DNA of 64,000 nt from Candidatus Omnitrophota bacterium (GCA_050012075.1 JBEKHW010000001.1:68766-132765), one strand, 5' to 3'. Shown: positions 21,582 to 30,314, counted from the stretch's first letter. The notes: generated from the sequence alone by a model not told the origin. Numbers and translations are program-made.

Positions 21582-22811
21582 TTATTCAAGTACCGTATAC
21601 GCCCTCTCCCTGTGCTGCGTAAGATCAAGCCCCATGGCTTCTTCTTTTTCGCTGACGCGTATCCTGAAAAATATATCCACAAATTTATATATAATATAGG
21701 TAACAACAAAGGTGTAAGCTACCGCTGCTACAACCCCGATTAACTGTATCAAAAACTGCCGGGGATTACCGGCAAATAAACCATTTGCCCCTGCGGCATT
21801 TATTGCTTTGGAGGCAAATAACCCTGTAGCCAGAGTTCCCAGGATTCCTCCTAAACCATGCACCCCAAAAGCGTCCAGGGAATCATCATAACCGAACTTG
21901 GGCTTGATAACGGCGACCCCGATAAAACACAAGATGCTTGCAAAGACCCCTATTATTAACGCTGAGGAAGGACTAATAAAACCCGAGGCAGGAGTAACCG
22001 TAGCCAGGCCTGCGATAGAACCGGTGACAGCGCCAAACATTGTGGGTTTTCCGTTACGGACCCATTCCAGAAGCGCCCAGGTCAACCCTGCTGCCGCTGC
22101 CGCTGCGTTAGTCGCCACAAATGCACTGACTGCTAGGCCATTTGCCGCTAAAGCGCTACCGGCATTAAAACCAAACCAACCAAACCATAGTAAAGCTGTT
22201 CCCAAGGCTACGAAAGGAAGGTTGTGCGGGACAGGAGTATTGTGCTCCAGGTTCTTTCTTTTGCCGATAGCCAGGGCTACAACTAAAGCAGCAATACCTG
22301 CGCTCGTATGCACTACAATTCCTCCTGCAAAATCAAGGACACCTAAATTCCTTAACCAGCCACCCATTCCCCAAACCCAGTGGCAAAGCGGGTCATAGAC
22401 AAAAGTAGCCCATAGAATGCTAAAAACCAGAAACGCCGAAAATTTCATCCTTTCCGCAAAAGCACCAATAATTAATGCCGGTGTGATTATCGCAAACATC
22501 GCCTGAAAAATCATGAATGCCTGATGAGGGATAGTAGCGCTGTAGCCGCTAAAAGGCTCAATGCCGACCCCATTTAAACCAAACCAACTCAGGCCTCCCC
22601 AGAAACCTTTGCTCGGAGCAAAAGAAAGGCTGTAACCAAAAAGCATCCAATGTACTGTCAATAAACATAATATCACAAAACACTGCATTAGGATACTTAG
22701 GATATTCTTCCTTCTGACCATGCCTCCATAGAAAAATGCCAACCCCGGAGTCATCAACATCACAAAGGCCGTAGAGATTAAAACAAACGCCGTGTCTGCC
22801 CCATTAATCAT
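21582..22811 (-). CDS. amtB: Ammonium transporter, copy 1 (start revised to 22811)
   Basis: MTPGLAFFYGG, DFAGG.VVH, WFGWFGFNAGS and DD.LDAFGVH motifs; SD GGAGG. Confidence 0.96.
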   Translation of the reverse strand: MINGADTAFVLISTAFVMLMTPGLAFFYGGMVRRKNILSILMQCFVILCLLTVHWMLFGYSLSFAPSKGFWGGLSWFGLNGVGIEPFSGYSATIPHQAFMIFQAMFAIITPALIIGAFAERMKFSAFLVFSILWATFVYDPLCHWVWGMGGWLRNLGVLDFAGGIVVHTSAGIAALVVALAIGKRKNLEHNTPVPHNLPFVALGTALLWFGWFGFNAGSALAANGLAVSAFVATNAAAAAAGLTWALLEWVRNGKPTMFGAVTGSIAGLATVTPASGFISPSSALIIGVFASILCFIGVAVIKPKFGYDDSLDAFGVHGLGGILGTLATGLFASKAINAAGANGLFAGNPRQFLIQLIGVVAAVAYTFVVTYIIYKFVDIFFRIRVSEKEEAMGLDLTQHRERAYTVLE

Positions 22812-22820
22812 ATTGCCTCC

Positions 22821-22860
22821 TTCACAGCAGTGAACACTTGCCTCGATAAAACAAGGTGTT
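22821..22860 (+). repeat. Degenerate copy of the two-hairpin GCCC..GGGC-ACAC..GGTGT repeat
   Basis: TTCAC-AGCA-GTGAA then CACTTG..CGATAAAA..CAAGGTGT; same position relative to amt as the 24678 copy. Confidence 0.55.
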
Positions 22861-22899
22861 CCTTGCACAATTGGTTAAACAACTGTGTAAAAACAGTTT

Positions 22900-22989
22900 A
22901 AAAAATAAAGGCGTTCATAACAGTTTGGTCGTAACTATCATGAACGCCTAATTGCGCTATCTCATTATAAACACTGCAACGTGCTTATA
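22900..22989 (-). promoter_or_regulatory. ANTAR-type attenuator in the amtB1 leader (P2 loop divergent)
   Basis: P1 TATAAGCAC-GTTGCA-GTGTTTATA; P2 AGCGC-AATTAG-GCGTT; terminator AGGCGTTCATGATAG...CTGTTATGAACGCCTTTATTTTTT. Confidence 0.7.
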
Positions 22990-23001
22990 GCTAGTTACCT
23001 A

Positions 23002-23031
23002 TACAAGTAATAAACTCGATATTTTGGTAAT
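23002..23031 (-). promoter_or_regulatory. Candidate alternative-sigma promoter for amtB1-glnK1-GS III
   Basis: ATTACCA-N14-TTACTTGTA. Confidence 0.75.
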
Positions 23032-23055
23032 CCGAATATTTGACTGCTTAAAGAT

Positions 23056-23397
23056 TTACCCAATCGCCAGCGAACCGCGCTCCTCGGTCCTGATTCTTAT
23101 GCACTCCTTTAAATCCAGGACAAAGATCTTGCCATCCCCGGTCTCTCCTGTCTTTGCGCCTTTTATTATGGCTTTTATGGTCGGCTCGACAAAATTATCG
23201 TTTACAGCGATTTCAAGGCGAACCTTTCTAAGCAGATTTCCCGTCTCTTTCGCCCCGCGGTAAACCTCAGTAACACCCTTTTGCCGGCCATGGCCTAGGA
23301 CCTCACTTACGGTAATAAGATTTACCTCTGCCTTATAAAGCTCTTCTTTTACATCTTCGAGTTTATGCGGCTGGATTATCGCAATGATTAATTTCAT
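23056..23397 (-). CDS. glnK: PII nitrogen regulator, copy 2
   Basis: Near-identical to copy 1. Confidence 0.96.
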   Translation of the reverse strand: MKLIIAIIQPHKLEDVKEELYKAEVNLITVSEVLGHGRQKGVTEVYRGAKETGNLLRKVRLEIAVNDNFVEPTIKAIIKGAKTGETGDGKIFVLDLKECIRIRTEERGSLAIG

Positions 23398-23434
23398 ATT
23401 AGCCCCCTTTTATCATGGTGACTTTGTGACATCT

Positions 23435-24664
23435 TTATTCAAGTACAGTATACGCCCTCTCTCTATGCTGCGTAAGGTCAAGTCCCATGGCTTCTTCTTT
23501 TTCGTTGACGCGTATGCCGATAAATACATCCACCAGTTTATAGATTATAGCTGTTACTGCCAGAGAGTAAATTAGCGTGACCGCCACGGCAGTTAACTGC
23601 ACCAGGAATTGCTTTGGGTTGCCAAAGAAAAGCCCGTCTCCACCCGCAGCATTTACGCTCTTCGAAGCAAAAAGCCCGGTAGCTAATGCGCCCCATATAC
23701 CGCCTACACAGTGCACGCCAAATGCGTCCAGGGAATCGTCATAACCGAACTTGGGCTTGATAATACTGACGGCAGTAAAACAGAAGACACTTACCAGCAA
23801 TCCTATAATAATCGCCGGAATTACGCTCACAAACCCGGCTGCGGGAGTGATGGCTACGAGGCCCGCTACTGCTCCTGAAGCTGCGCCGAAAATGGTAGGT
23901 TTGCCGTTACGAATCCATTCAATTATTGCCCAGCTTAACCCGGCGCTAGCTGCTGCGGTATTGGTAACCACAAAAGCATTCACTGCCAGGCCATTTGCCG
24001 CTAAAGCACTGCCGGCATTAAAACCAAACCAGCCAAACCAGAGAAGACCTGTGCCCAAGATTACAAAAGGCATATTGTGCGGTGCAGGAACATCTTTTTC
24101 TATATTCCTCCTCTTGCCGATAAATAATGCTGTTACCAACGCAGCAATACCCGCATTTATGTGTACTACGGTGCCGCCGGCAAAATCAAGAGCGCCCATC
24201 TGTCTTAAGAACCCGCCGACCCCCCAGACCCAGTGACAAACAGGGTCATATACAAATGTCGCCCACAGGAGCACAAAAGCAACAAATGCGGAAAACTTCA
24301 TTCTCTCTGCAAATGCACCCAGTATTAATGCCGGTGTGATTATCGCAAACATCGCCTGAAAAATCATAAATGCCTGATGCGGGATTGTACCTGCGTAATC
24401 CGCATACGGCCCAAAACCTACTCCCTTTAACCCAAGCCAGCCAAAGCCGCCCCAAAATCCAGTCGAAGGCGCAAAAGAAAGGCTATAGCCATATAAAACC
24501 CACTGCACACTTATGACACACATTATTATGAAACACTGCATAAGTATGCTTAGGATGTTCTTCTTCCTGACCATGCCGCCATAGAAGAATGCCAGCCCCG
24601 GGGTCATCAGCATAACCAGGGCCGAAGAAATCAAAACCCATGCCGTATCACCTGCATTAATCAT
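23435..24664 (-). CDS. amtB: Ammonium transporter, copy 2 (start revised to 24664)
   Basis: Same Amt motifs as copy 1; SD GGGAGG. Confidence 0.96.
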   Translation of the reverse strand: MINAGDTAWVLISSALVMLMTPGLAFFYGGMVRKKNILSILMQCFIIMCVISVQWVLYGYSLSFAPSTGFWGGFGWLGLKGVGFGPYADYAGTIPHQAFMIFQAMFAIITPALILGAFAERMKFSAFVAFVLLWATFVYDPVCHWVWGVGGFLRQMGALDFAGGTVVHINAGIAALVTALFIGKRRNIEKDVPAPHNMPFVILGTGLLWFGWFGFNAGSALAANGLAVNAFVVTNTAAASAGLSWAIIEWIRNGKPTIFGAASGAVAGLVAITPAAGFVSVIPAIIIGLLVSVFCFTAVSIIKPKFGYDDSLDAFGVHCVGGIWGALATGLFASKSVNAAGGDGLFFGNPKQFLVQLTAVAVTLIYSLAVTAIIYKLVDVFIGIRVNEKEEAMGLDLTQHRERAYTVLE

Positions 24665-24677
24665 TTCTACCCTCCCT

Positions 24678-24724
24678 TGCCCACAAAGGGCACACTTGCG
24701 CAATACCGATAAGCGCAAGGTGTA
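24678..24724 (+). repeat. Two-hairpin ~47-bp dispersed repeat
   Basis: TGCCCACAAAGGGCACACTTGCGCAATACCGATAAGCGCAAGGTGTA; near-identical inverted copy at 25739-25785. Confidence 0.85.
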
Positions 24725-24904
24725 TTAATTAATCCCTAGTTTCTCCCTGACTAACTTCGCGTAAACTTTGTTTATACGTTTGGTCTTCAACCATCTCTCT
24801 ATGGTAGTAACCTGAATATCAAGCTTCTTGGATAAATCGTAAAGGGTATAGCTTCTTTCTTCTTTTAAGATTAAAAGTCTTCTAATCAATTCTAGGTCTA
24901 CCAT
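24725..24904 (-). CDS. 59-aa Cro/XRE-like HTH protein, absent from the ORF track
   Basis: MVDLELIRRLLILKEERSYTLYDLSKKLDIQVTTIERWLKTKRINKVYAKLVREKLGIN; TAATG coupling with the upstream gene. Confidence 0.8.
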   Translation of the reverse strand: MVDLELIRRLLILKEERSYTLYDLSKKLDIQVTTIERWLKTKRINKVYAKLVREKLGIN

Positions 24905-25722
24905 TAGAAATCCAGATCCAATTGAAAGGTTATCGTATCTTTCGCATTAGGATTATTATAGATGTCGTAAGCAATGATAGCGGAAACATTGCTGGTGAAT
25001 TTCCAGGAGAAACCGAAGTTAAGCGCTCCGTATGAAGACTGGGTTCCCTGATAATCAGCGCATATCCACAACCTGTCTGATATCTCGGTCATCACCCTTT
25101 CCCAGGCAATCATAGGGCCGGCATTATCACGCTCGCCGTTTTTATCACGCAATAACCTGGCGCTGCCGTTGAAATAGCCGGCTGAGAAACGGCCCAGGCT
25201 AAGCTTACCTATATATAAGCTCTTTGCAACCCTGAGATACCAGATATTATTACCGGTAACGTCGTGTTTTGTGCCGATATCATAACCGCCTATGGCAAAA
25301 GCAGGCATAAACTTAAAATAAGCATCCTCGGGAACTCCGAATTTAAAATGAAAATACCATGGATAGGTGTCGGCTGCGGGGCCAAACCCTTTTTTATAGT
25401 CAAAACCGGTTTCCGCCATGATTTTTCCTAAAGGAGACCATAACTTGCCTAAAAGGTTATTTTCGGGCTTATCAGAAAGAAGGCTGAAGGTCGGTCCGTA
25501 AACCTGCTGGACATAAAGTTGGTTATCATTATGGTCCCTGCTTTTAACAGGAGTATAATTATCCACATTTAAATGTATCTTTCCGTAAGGTTGAATATCG
25601 GTTGAGGGAGTCCAGATAAGAGTAGTAGGCGTAGCAAAAGCAATATTTGCGCATATGCTAAAAATACAAAAAATTCCCGTCAAAATCAGGCAGTTCTTAA
25701 ACAGGCGTGTTTCTAGTTGCAT
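24904..25722 (-). CDS. Secreted putative outer-membrane beta-barrel protein
   Basis: Signal peptide, amphipathic beta strands, C-terminal FQLDLDF. Confidence 0.65.
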   Translation of the reverse strand: MQLETRLFKNCLILTGIFCIFSICANIAFATPTTLIWTPSTDIQPYGKIHLNVDNYTPVKSRDHNDNQLYVQQVYGPTFSLLSDKPENNLLGKLWSPLGKIMAETGFDYKKGFGPAADTYPWYFHFKFGVPEDAYFKFMPAFAIGGYDIGTKHDVTGNNIWYLRVAKSLYIGKLSLGRFSAGYFNGSARLLRDKNGERDNAGPMIAWERVMTEISDRLWICADYQGTQSSYGALNFGFSWKFTSNVSAIIAYDIYNNPNAKDTITFQLDLDF

Positions 25723-25738
25723 TATCTCCTCTTCGTCT

Positions 25739-25785
25739 TACACCTTGCGCTTATCGGTATTGCGCAAGTGTTCCCTCGTGGGAAA
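25739..25785 (-). repeat. Two-hairpin ~47-bp dispersed repeat (inverted copy)
   Basis: Minus strand reads TTTCCCACGAGGGAACACTTGCGCAATACCGATAAGCGCAAGGTGTA. Confidence 0.85.
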
Positions 25786-25839
25786 AATAAGGCGCCTTAC
25801 TAAATCCATCCCTTGGATTAATAAGACGCCTGCGTCTTA
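25783..25839 (-). promoter_or_regulatory. Second (gene-proximal) ANTAR-type attenuator of the porin-HTH-amtB2 leader
   Basis: TAAGAC-GCAGGC-GTCTTA overlaps the terminator AGGCGTCTTATT...AGTAAGGCGCCTTATTTTT. Confidence 0.75.
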
Positions 25840-25851
25840 ATAACTGTTTAA

Positions 25852-25938
25852 ACACCCCAACATATCGGAATGTTGGGTGTGCCCTTACTGGGCTAACACC
25901 CGGCCATAGCGGATTGGCCGGTGTGCCCTTTGTGGGCA
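25852..25938 (-). repeat. Two tandem covarying copies of the two-hairpin repeat
   Basis: GCCCACAAAGGGCACAC-CGGCC..GGCCG-GGTGT and GCCCAGTAAGGGCACAC-CCAAC..GTTGG-GGTGT. Confidence 0.8.
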
Positions 25939-25990
25939 AAAAAAGACGTTCTTCTTTAAGAACGTCTATGTACCACTTCGCGACAATGCG
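25938..25990 (-). promoter_or_regulatory. First ANTAR-type attenuator of the porin-HTH-amtB2 leader
   Basis: P1 CGC-ATTGTC-GCG; P2 AC-ATAGAC-GT; terminator AGACGTTCTT-AAAG-AAGAACGTCT-TTTTTT. Confidence 0.8.
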
Positions 25991-26000
25991 CTTTCACTAC

Positions 26001-26030
26001 TACAAGTAAAGAACTTACTGCTTTGGTAAC
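26001..26030 (-). promoter_or_regulatory. Candidate alternative-sigma promoter immediately after the sigma gene
   Basis: GTTACCA-N14-TTACTTGTA. Confidence 0.75.
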
Positions 26031-26031
26031 C

Positions 26032-26553
26032 TCAATCCAAATATTTTCTGCACTTTTCTCGTATCTCTTTCGTCAATTTCACTACCCGCACATGAGATAT
26101 AGATAAGCGGCTGCCGATTTCCCTGGTAGTAAGGCCTTCGGCGTAGAAACGTAAAATCTGTTTTTCCCTGGTAGTAAGGCCGTTATTCAGGATGGTTTCG
26201 GCGACCAGCCTATCATCAAGCTTGCGCAGGTAGCTAGCGTGACCGCCTTCTTCCGACTCCAATATATCGCTCAATTTTAAATCAATTTCCGGGTTAACAA
26301 ACTCATCCAAACTTACAGTGTTCCTGCGAATTTTCTGCAGCCGGATATAATTCTTCATATGGAAATAGCACCCCTGCAAAATATAGCTGTCTGTTTTATC
26401 GGATAATTTACCGCTATTATGATCCTGCCAAAGGCGGACCAGGGCTTCCTGATAAAGGTCGTCAGCGTTAAAAAAGGTAAAATTACCCTTAATCCGGTAA
26501 GTTATCCTTTTTAAGGTAGGGGATATTTTCTTTACTAACTCTTCAAATTGCAT
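26032..26553 (-). CDS. sigma70-family ECF/SigH-like RNA polymerase sigma factor (start revised to 26553)
   Basis: Region 2 DDLYQEAL..LW; region 4 LTTREKQIL...EGLTTREIG..L.IS; SD AGGAG. Confidence 0.9.
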   Translation of the reverse strand: MQFEELVKKISPTLKRITYRIKGNFTFFNADDLYQEALVRLWQDHNSGKLSDKTDSYILQGCYFHMKNYIRLQKIRRNTVSLDEFVNPEIDLKLSDILESEEGGHASYLRKLDDRLVAETILNNGLTTREKQILRFYAEGLTTREIGSRLSISHVRVVKLTKEIREKCRKYLD

Positions 26554-26565
26554 TTTGACTCCTAT

Positions 26566-26689
26566 AAAATACGAAAGCGTCCGCACCCCTGTCTTCGGGG
26601 ATTTCGGACGCCTTAGTCCCTGTCCGCCTACGGCGGACAAAAAAAATGCCTTCCCTAGCCAACATCGCTAAAGAAGACATCCTTGTCTT
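26566..26689 (-). promoter_or_regulatory. Tandem ANTAR-type attenuators in the sigma-factor leader
   Basis: AAGAC-AAGGAT-GTCTT overlaps GATGTCTTC...GAAGGCATTTTTTTT; GGAC-TAAGGC-GTCC overlaps AAGGCGTCCG...CGGACGCTTTCGTATTTT. Confidence 0.75.
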
Positions 26690-26703
26690 TCACTTACACT
26701 TTA

Positions 26704-26731
26704 AGTATACCCCAAAAATCTGGCTTGTCAA
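26704..26731 (-). promoter_or_regulatory. sigma70-type promoter of the sigma-factor gene
   Basis: TTGACA-N16-TATACT. Confidence 0.8.
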
Positions 26732-26739
26732 GCTCAATC

Positions 26740-28419
26740 TTAAACTTTATATCTATTGGTTATGGGCATCCTGCGGTCACGGCCGAATGCCTTGGGCGTT
26801 ATTTTTATGCCCGGAGGGGATTGTCTGCGTTTATATTCGCTTCCGTCAACCATGCGCAGGACCTTTGCTACTGTTTCTTTATCAAATCCGGAAGCGACGA
26901 TCTTCTCTAATTCTTCATCTTCTTCTACATAGGCCTTTAAAATGGGGTCTAGCGTCTCATATATAGGTAAGGTATCCGCATCTTTCTGATTCGGCCGTAG
27001 TTCTGCGGTAGGCGGGCGGATTAAGACATTCTCAGGGATAACGGTACCCAAAGAATTCCTGTAACGGGCTAATTCATATACGAGCATTTTGGGAACGTCT
27101 TTTATTACCGCAAGGCCTCCTGCCATATCTCCGTAAAGCGTGGCATAACCTGTGCTCATCTCTGATTTATTGCCGGTGGTTAGAACCAGCCACCCGAATT
27201 TATTGGAGAATGCCATCAGCATATTGCCCCTTATGCGCGCCTGGATATTCTCTTCTGTAATATTCCTCTCTAAGGCAGCAAAATGCGGCTCAAGGACAAC
27301 CAGGTACATATTGTAAATCTGCTCAATTGAGATAACAATGAATTTTATTCCCAGGTTCTCTGCGAGTCCCCTGGCGCCTGTCAGGGATTCTTGTGAAGAA
27401 TGGCGCGTAGGCATGAATAAGCCGGTGACATTTTCTTTTCCCAGGGCATCGACTGCCAATGTAGCTACCAGGGAAGAATCTATGCCTCCGCTTAAGCCTA
27501 TAACAACTTTCTGAAAACCGTTTTTCCTGACGTAGTCGCTCAAGCCCAAAACCAGGGCTTGATAAATTTCAACAACCGTTTCTAAAACCCTCACCTCTTT
27601 TTTCTGAATCTTCGTTTTTTCTACCGGATAGAATTTATCCGTAATTATAACAGCGCCATTGGGCTTACGATTAATCTCTGGCATCTCTATATCCGTAACT
27701 AACAGCTCCTCTTTAAACGCCTCTGCCCTGTTGATTATCGAACCGCGGCTATTTACCACCATGCTCTGTCCGTCAAAAACCAGTTCATCCTGGCCGCCGA
27801 TTAAATTAGCGTAAGCGATTGCCACTTTATTTGCCTTTGCCTGCTTGCGAATGATACCCTCCCTCTCTTTTATCCTGCCGGCATAATATGGAGAGGCGTT
27901 TATATTTAGGACAAGTTTTGCCCCGGACTTTGCCTGTGTTCTTGTCGGTCCGCATTCATGCCAGATATCCTCGCAGATATTTACGGCAAAACAAAATCCA
28001 CCCAGTTTAAATAAAAGAGGTTTATCCCCCTCCTCAAAATAGCGTTTTTCATCAAAAACCCCATAATTCGGTAAAAACATCTTGTGATATATGCCGCAGA
28101 TCCTAGTATTATAAATTACGGCAGCCGCATTATACAGGTATATACCCTTCTTATTAACGAAACCTGCCACCGCCACAATATTGTTAACGCAAAGAGATAA
28201 CTCCTTTAAAGCCCTTAGATTATCTTCAATAAATTTTGGCTTATGCAATAAATCTTCGGGAGGGTATCCGGGAATTGCAAGTTCCGGGAAACAGATTATA
28301 TCTACGCCTAGTTCCTTTGCCCTGTTAATATGCTGGATAATCTTACGGCTATTGCCTTCCAGATCACCGACAGTAGAGTTTATCTGCGCAAGGGCTATTC
28401 GTAAATTAGATTTTTTCAC
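26740..28419 (-). CDS. nadE: Glutamine-dependent NAD+ synthetase
   Basis: Nitrilase domain (FPEL, K..LPNY, ICEDIW) plus SGGIDS, ENIQAR.R and TGNKSE motifs. Confidence 0.96.
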   Translation of the reverse strand: MKKSNLRIALAQINSTVGDLEGNSRKIIQHINRAKELGVDIICFPELAIPGYPPEDLLHKPKFIEDNLRALKELSLCVNNIVAVAGFVNKKGIYLYNAAAVIYNTRICGIYHKMFLPNYGVFDEKRYFEEGDKPLLFKLGGFCFAVNICEDIWHECGPTRTQAKSGAKLVLNINASPYYAGRIKEREGIIRKQAKANKVAIAYANLIGGQDELVFDGQSMVVNSRGSIINRAEAFKEELLVTDIEMPEINRKPNGAVIITDKFYPVEKTKIQKKEVRVLETVVEIYQALVLGLSDYVRKNGFQKVVIGLSGGIDSSLVATLAVDALGKENVTGLFMPTRHSSQESLTGARGLAENLGIKFIVISIEQIYNMYLVVLEPHFAALERNITEENIQARIRGNMLMAFSNKFGWLVLTTGNKSEMSTGYATLYGDMAGGLAVIKDVPKMLVYELARYRNSLGTVIPENVLIRPPTAELRPNQKDADTLPIYETLDPILKAYVEEDEELEKIVASGFDKETVAKVLRMVDGSEYKRRQSPPGIKITPKAFGRDRRMPITNRYKV

Positions 28420-28425
28420 GGGTTT

Positions 28426-29151
28426 TTAAGATTTTTTGGCTTTTATATCTTTGGCCAGGATTATCGCTTCGGCAATCTCGCGCATGGATTTACGCGTATC
28501 CATACTTTGTTTCTGGATAAGCCGATATGCCTCGGAAGGAAGAATATTTGCTTCCTGGGATAATATATCCTTTGCCCGTTCTACAAGCTTACGGGTAGTC
28601 AATGCCTCTTCGGCGCTGCGCGCCCTCAAATCAAGCTCCGCGTTCTCAATGGCAATTGCCGCCTGGTTAGCCAGGGCAGTAAGGACATCTATTTCATGCT
28701 TGGAGAATTTATGTTTTTTGGAAGTATAGCAGTTAAGGACCCCGATTACCCTTCCTTTTACTGACATAGGGACACTGGCCAGCGAGCATAGCCCTTCTTT
28801 TTTGGCGATATCCTGGTTAAGGTAACGGCTATCACCCTTAACATCCTCTACTACAATCGGCCTATTCTCTTTTGCTACGATCCCCGCGATCCCGACCCCC
28901 ATCTTTATATTCGGCTTCTTATTGTATGCCTCTGAGATTGACTGCGTGGCCTTTACCACTAATTCCTGTTTATCCGGGTCAAGCAGTAGGAGGGAGGATA
29001 TTTTGGAATTCATCACTTCCGCGGTAACCTGCACAACCAGGCGCAGGAGTTCCTCCAGGTACAGGCCGCTGGTGATAAGGTTGGCTATCTTGGAAAGCGC
29101 TTCTATCTGTTTTACATAAAGGTCGTAATGTTCTTTCTTCTTCTGAACCAT
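28426..29151 (-). CDS. GAF-ANTAR RNA-binding antiterminator (start revised to 29151)
   Basis: GAF domain (SLASVPM.VKGRVIGVL) and C-terminal ANTAR domain (RKLVERAKDIL...EAYRLIQKQSMDTRKSMREIAEAI). Confidence 0.93.
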   Translation of the reverse strand: MVQKKKEHYDLYVKQIEALSKIANLITSGLYLEELLRLVVQVTAEVMNSKISSLLLLDPDKQELVVKATQSISEAYNKKPNIKMGVGIAGIVAKENRPIVVEDVKGDSRYLNQDIAKKEGLCSLASVPMSVKGRVIGVLNCYTSKKHKFSKHEIDVLTALANQAAIAIENAELDLRARSAEEALTTRKLVERAKDILSQEANILPSEAYRLIQKQSMDTRKSMREIAEAIILAKDIKAKKS

Positions 29152-29152
29152 G

Positions 29153-30313
29153 TTATCTGCCCCTGCTGTTGACAAAGTTTTTAATCCTGTTCAACGCCTC
29201 TTTCAAATTCTCATAACTCGTAGCGTAAGACATGCGCACATAATCATCCAGCCCTTTACCAAAAGCAGTCCCCGGCACAACTGCTACCTTTTCCTTCTTG
29301 AGCAGTTTTTCGGCAAACTCCATATCTTTCATGCCGCACTTCTTTATATTGGGGAAGACATAGAACGCACCTTGCGGCTTATTGCAGCGAAAGCCTATGC
29401 TGTTTAAGCCATCCACCACAAATTCCCTTCTTCTTTTATATTCGCGCTTCATTTCATCAACCGACTTTCTGCCGGAGTGTATTGCCTCACAAGCAGCCAT
29501 TTGGCTGGTGATGGGAACGCACATAATGGTATATTGGTGAATCTTGGTCATAGCGGCAATTATTTCTTTCGGGCCGCAGGCAAAACCAACGCGCCACCCC
29601 GTCATGGCGTAACTCTTGGAAAACCCGTCAAGATAAATGGTGTTTGCCTTTGCGCCGGCTAAAGTGGCAAAAGGCGTGTGCTGAAAATCATAAGTCAGGT
29701 CGCCGTATATTTCATCAGAGATACAAAGCACTTTATGCCTTAAAAGAACCTTGTTAATTAAGCTTAACTCTGTCTTGCCGTAAGAAACCCCCGTAGGGTT
29801 GGACGGATAATTAAAGACGATGGCCTTGGTCTTTTTATCAATATGCTTTTCTAAATTTTTCGGCGTAAGTTTACAGCCGTCTTTGGTGGTATCGATATAA
29901 ACCGGTATGCCCCCGCATAAATCCACGATGGGCCCATAAGAGACGTAACTAGGCTGGGGAACAATGATTTTATCCCCTGGATTAATAATAGTGCGTAAGG
30001 CTAAATCCATTGCCTCGCTTACCCCTACGGTAATCAGGATTTCTTCATCAGGAGAGTAATCAAGGCCATGCCTATTTTTCAGGTAACGGCTTATAGATAG
30101 GCGAAGTTTATACAGCCCCTTATTTGAAGTATAGGATGTAAAACCCTCTTCAAGAGAATAAATTCCCGCTTCGCGTATCTGCCAGGGAGTGACAAAATCC
30201 GGCTCTCCTACGCCAAGGGAGATGACATCCTTCATACCGAGCACTAAATCAAAGAATGCCCGTATGCCTGATGGCTGCATATCCTGTACTTTTTTGGAAA
30301 TAATCTCTTTCAT
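29153..30313 (-). CDS. Class I/II PLP aminotransferase (AlaT/YugH-like)
   Basis: LGVGEPDF, NYPSNPTG, SDEIY and GFSKSYAMTGWRVG motifs. Confidence 0.92.
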   Translation of the reverse strand: MKEIISKKVQDMQPSGIRAFFDLVLGMKDVISLGVGEPDFVTPWQIREAGIYSLEEGFTSYTSNKGLYKLRLSISRYLKNRHGLDYSPDEEILITVGVSEAMDLALRTIINPGDKIIVPQPSYVSYGPIVDLCGGIPVYIDTTKDGCKLTPKNLEKHIDKKTKAIVFNYPSNPTGVSYGKTELSLINKVLLRHKVLCISDEIYGDLTYDFQHTPFATLAGAKANTIYLDGFSKSYAMTGWRVGFACGPKEIIAAMTKIHQYTIMCVPITSQMAACEAIHSGRKSVDEMKREYKRRREFVVDGLNSIGFRCNKPQGAFYVFPNIKKCGMKDMEFAEKLLKKEKVAVVPGTAFGKGLDDYVRMSYATSYENLKEALNRIKNFVNSRGR

Positions 30314-30314
30314 G

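Noticed and set aside
25739-25938. Palindromic repeats resembling a mini CRISPR array
   Set aside because: Copies covary rather than being identical, there are no uniform spacers, orientation is mixed across the window and no cas genes are present.
25751-25939. 62-aa minus-strand ORF in the porin leader, and 69-aa ORF at 52178-52387
   Set aside because: Both are translations of repeat or attenuator DNA with no SD support.
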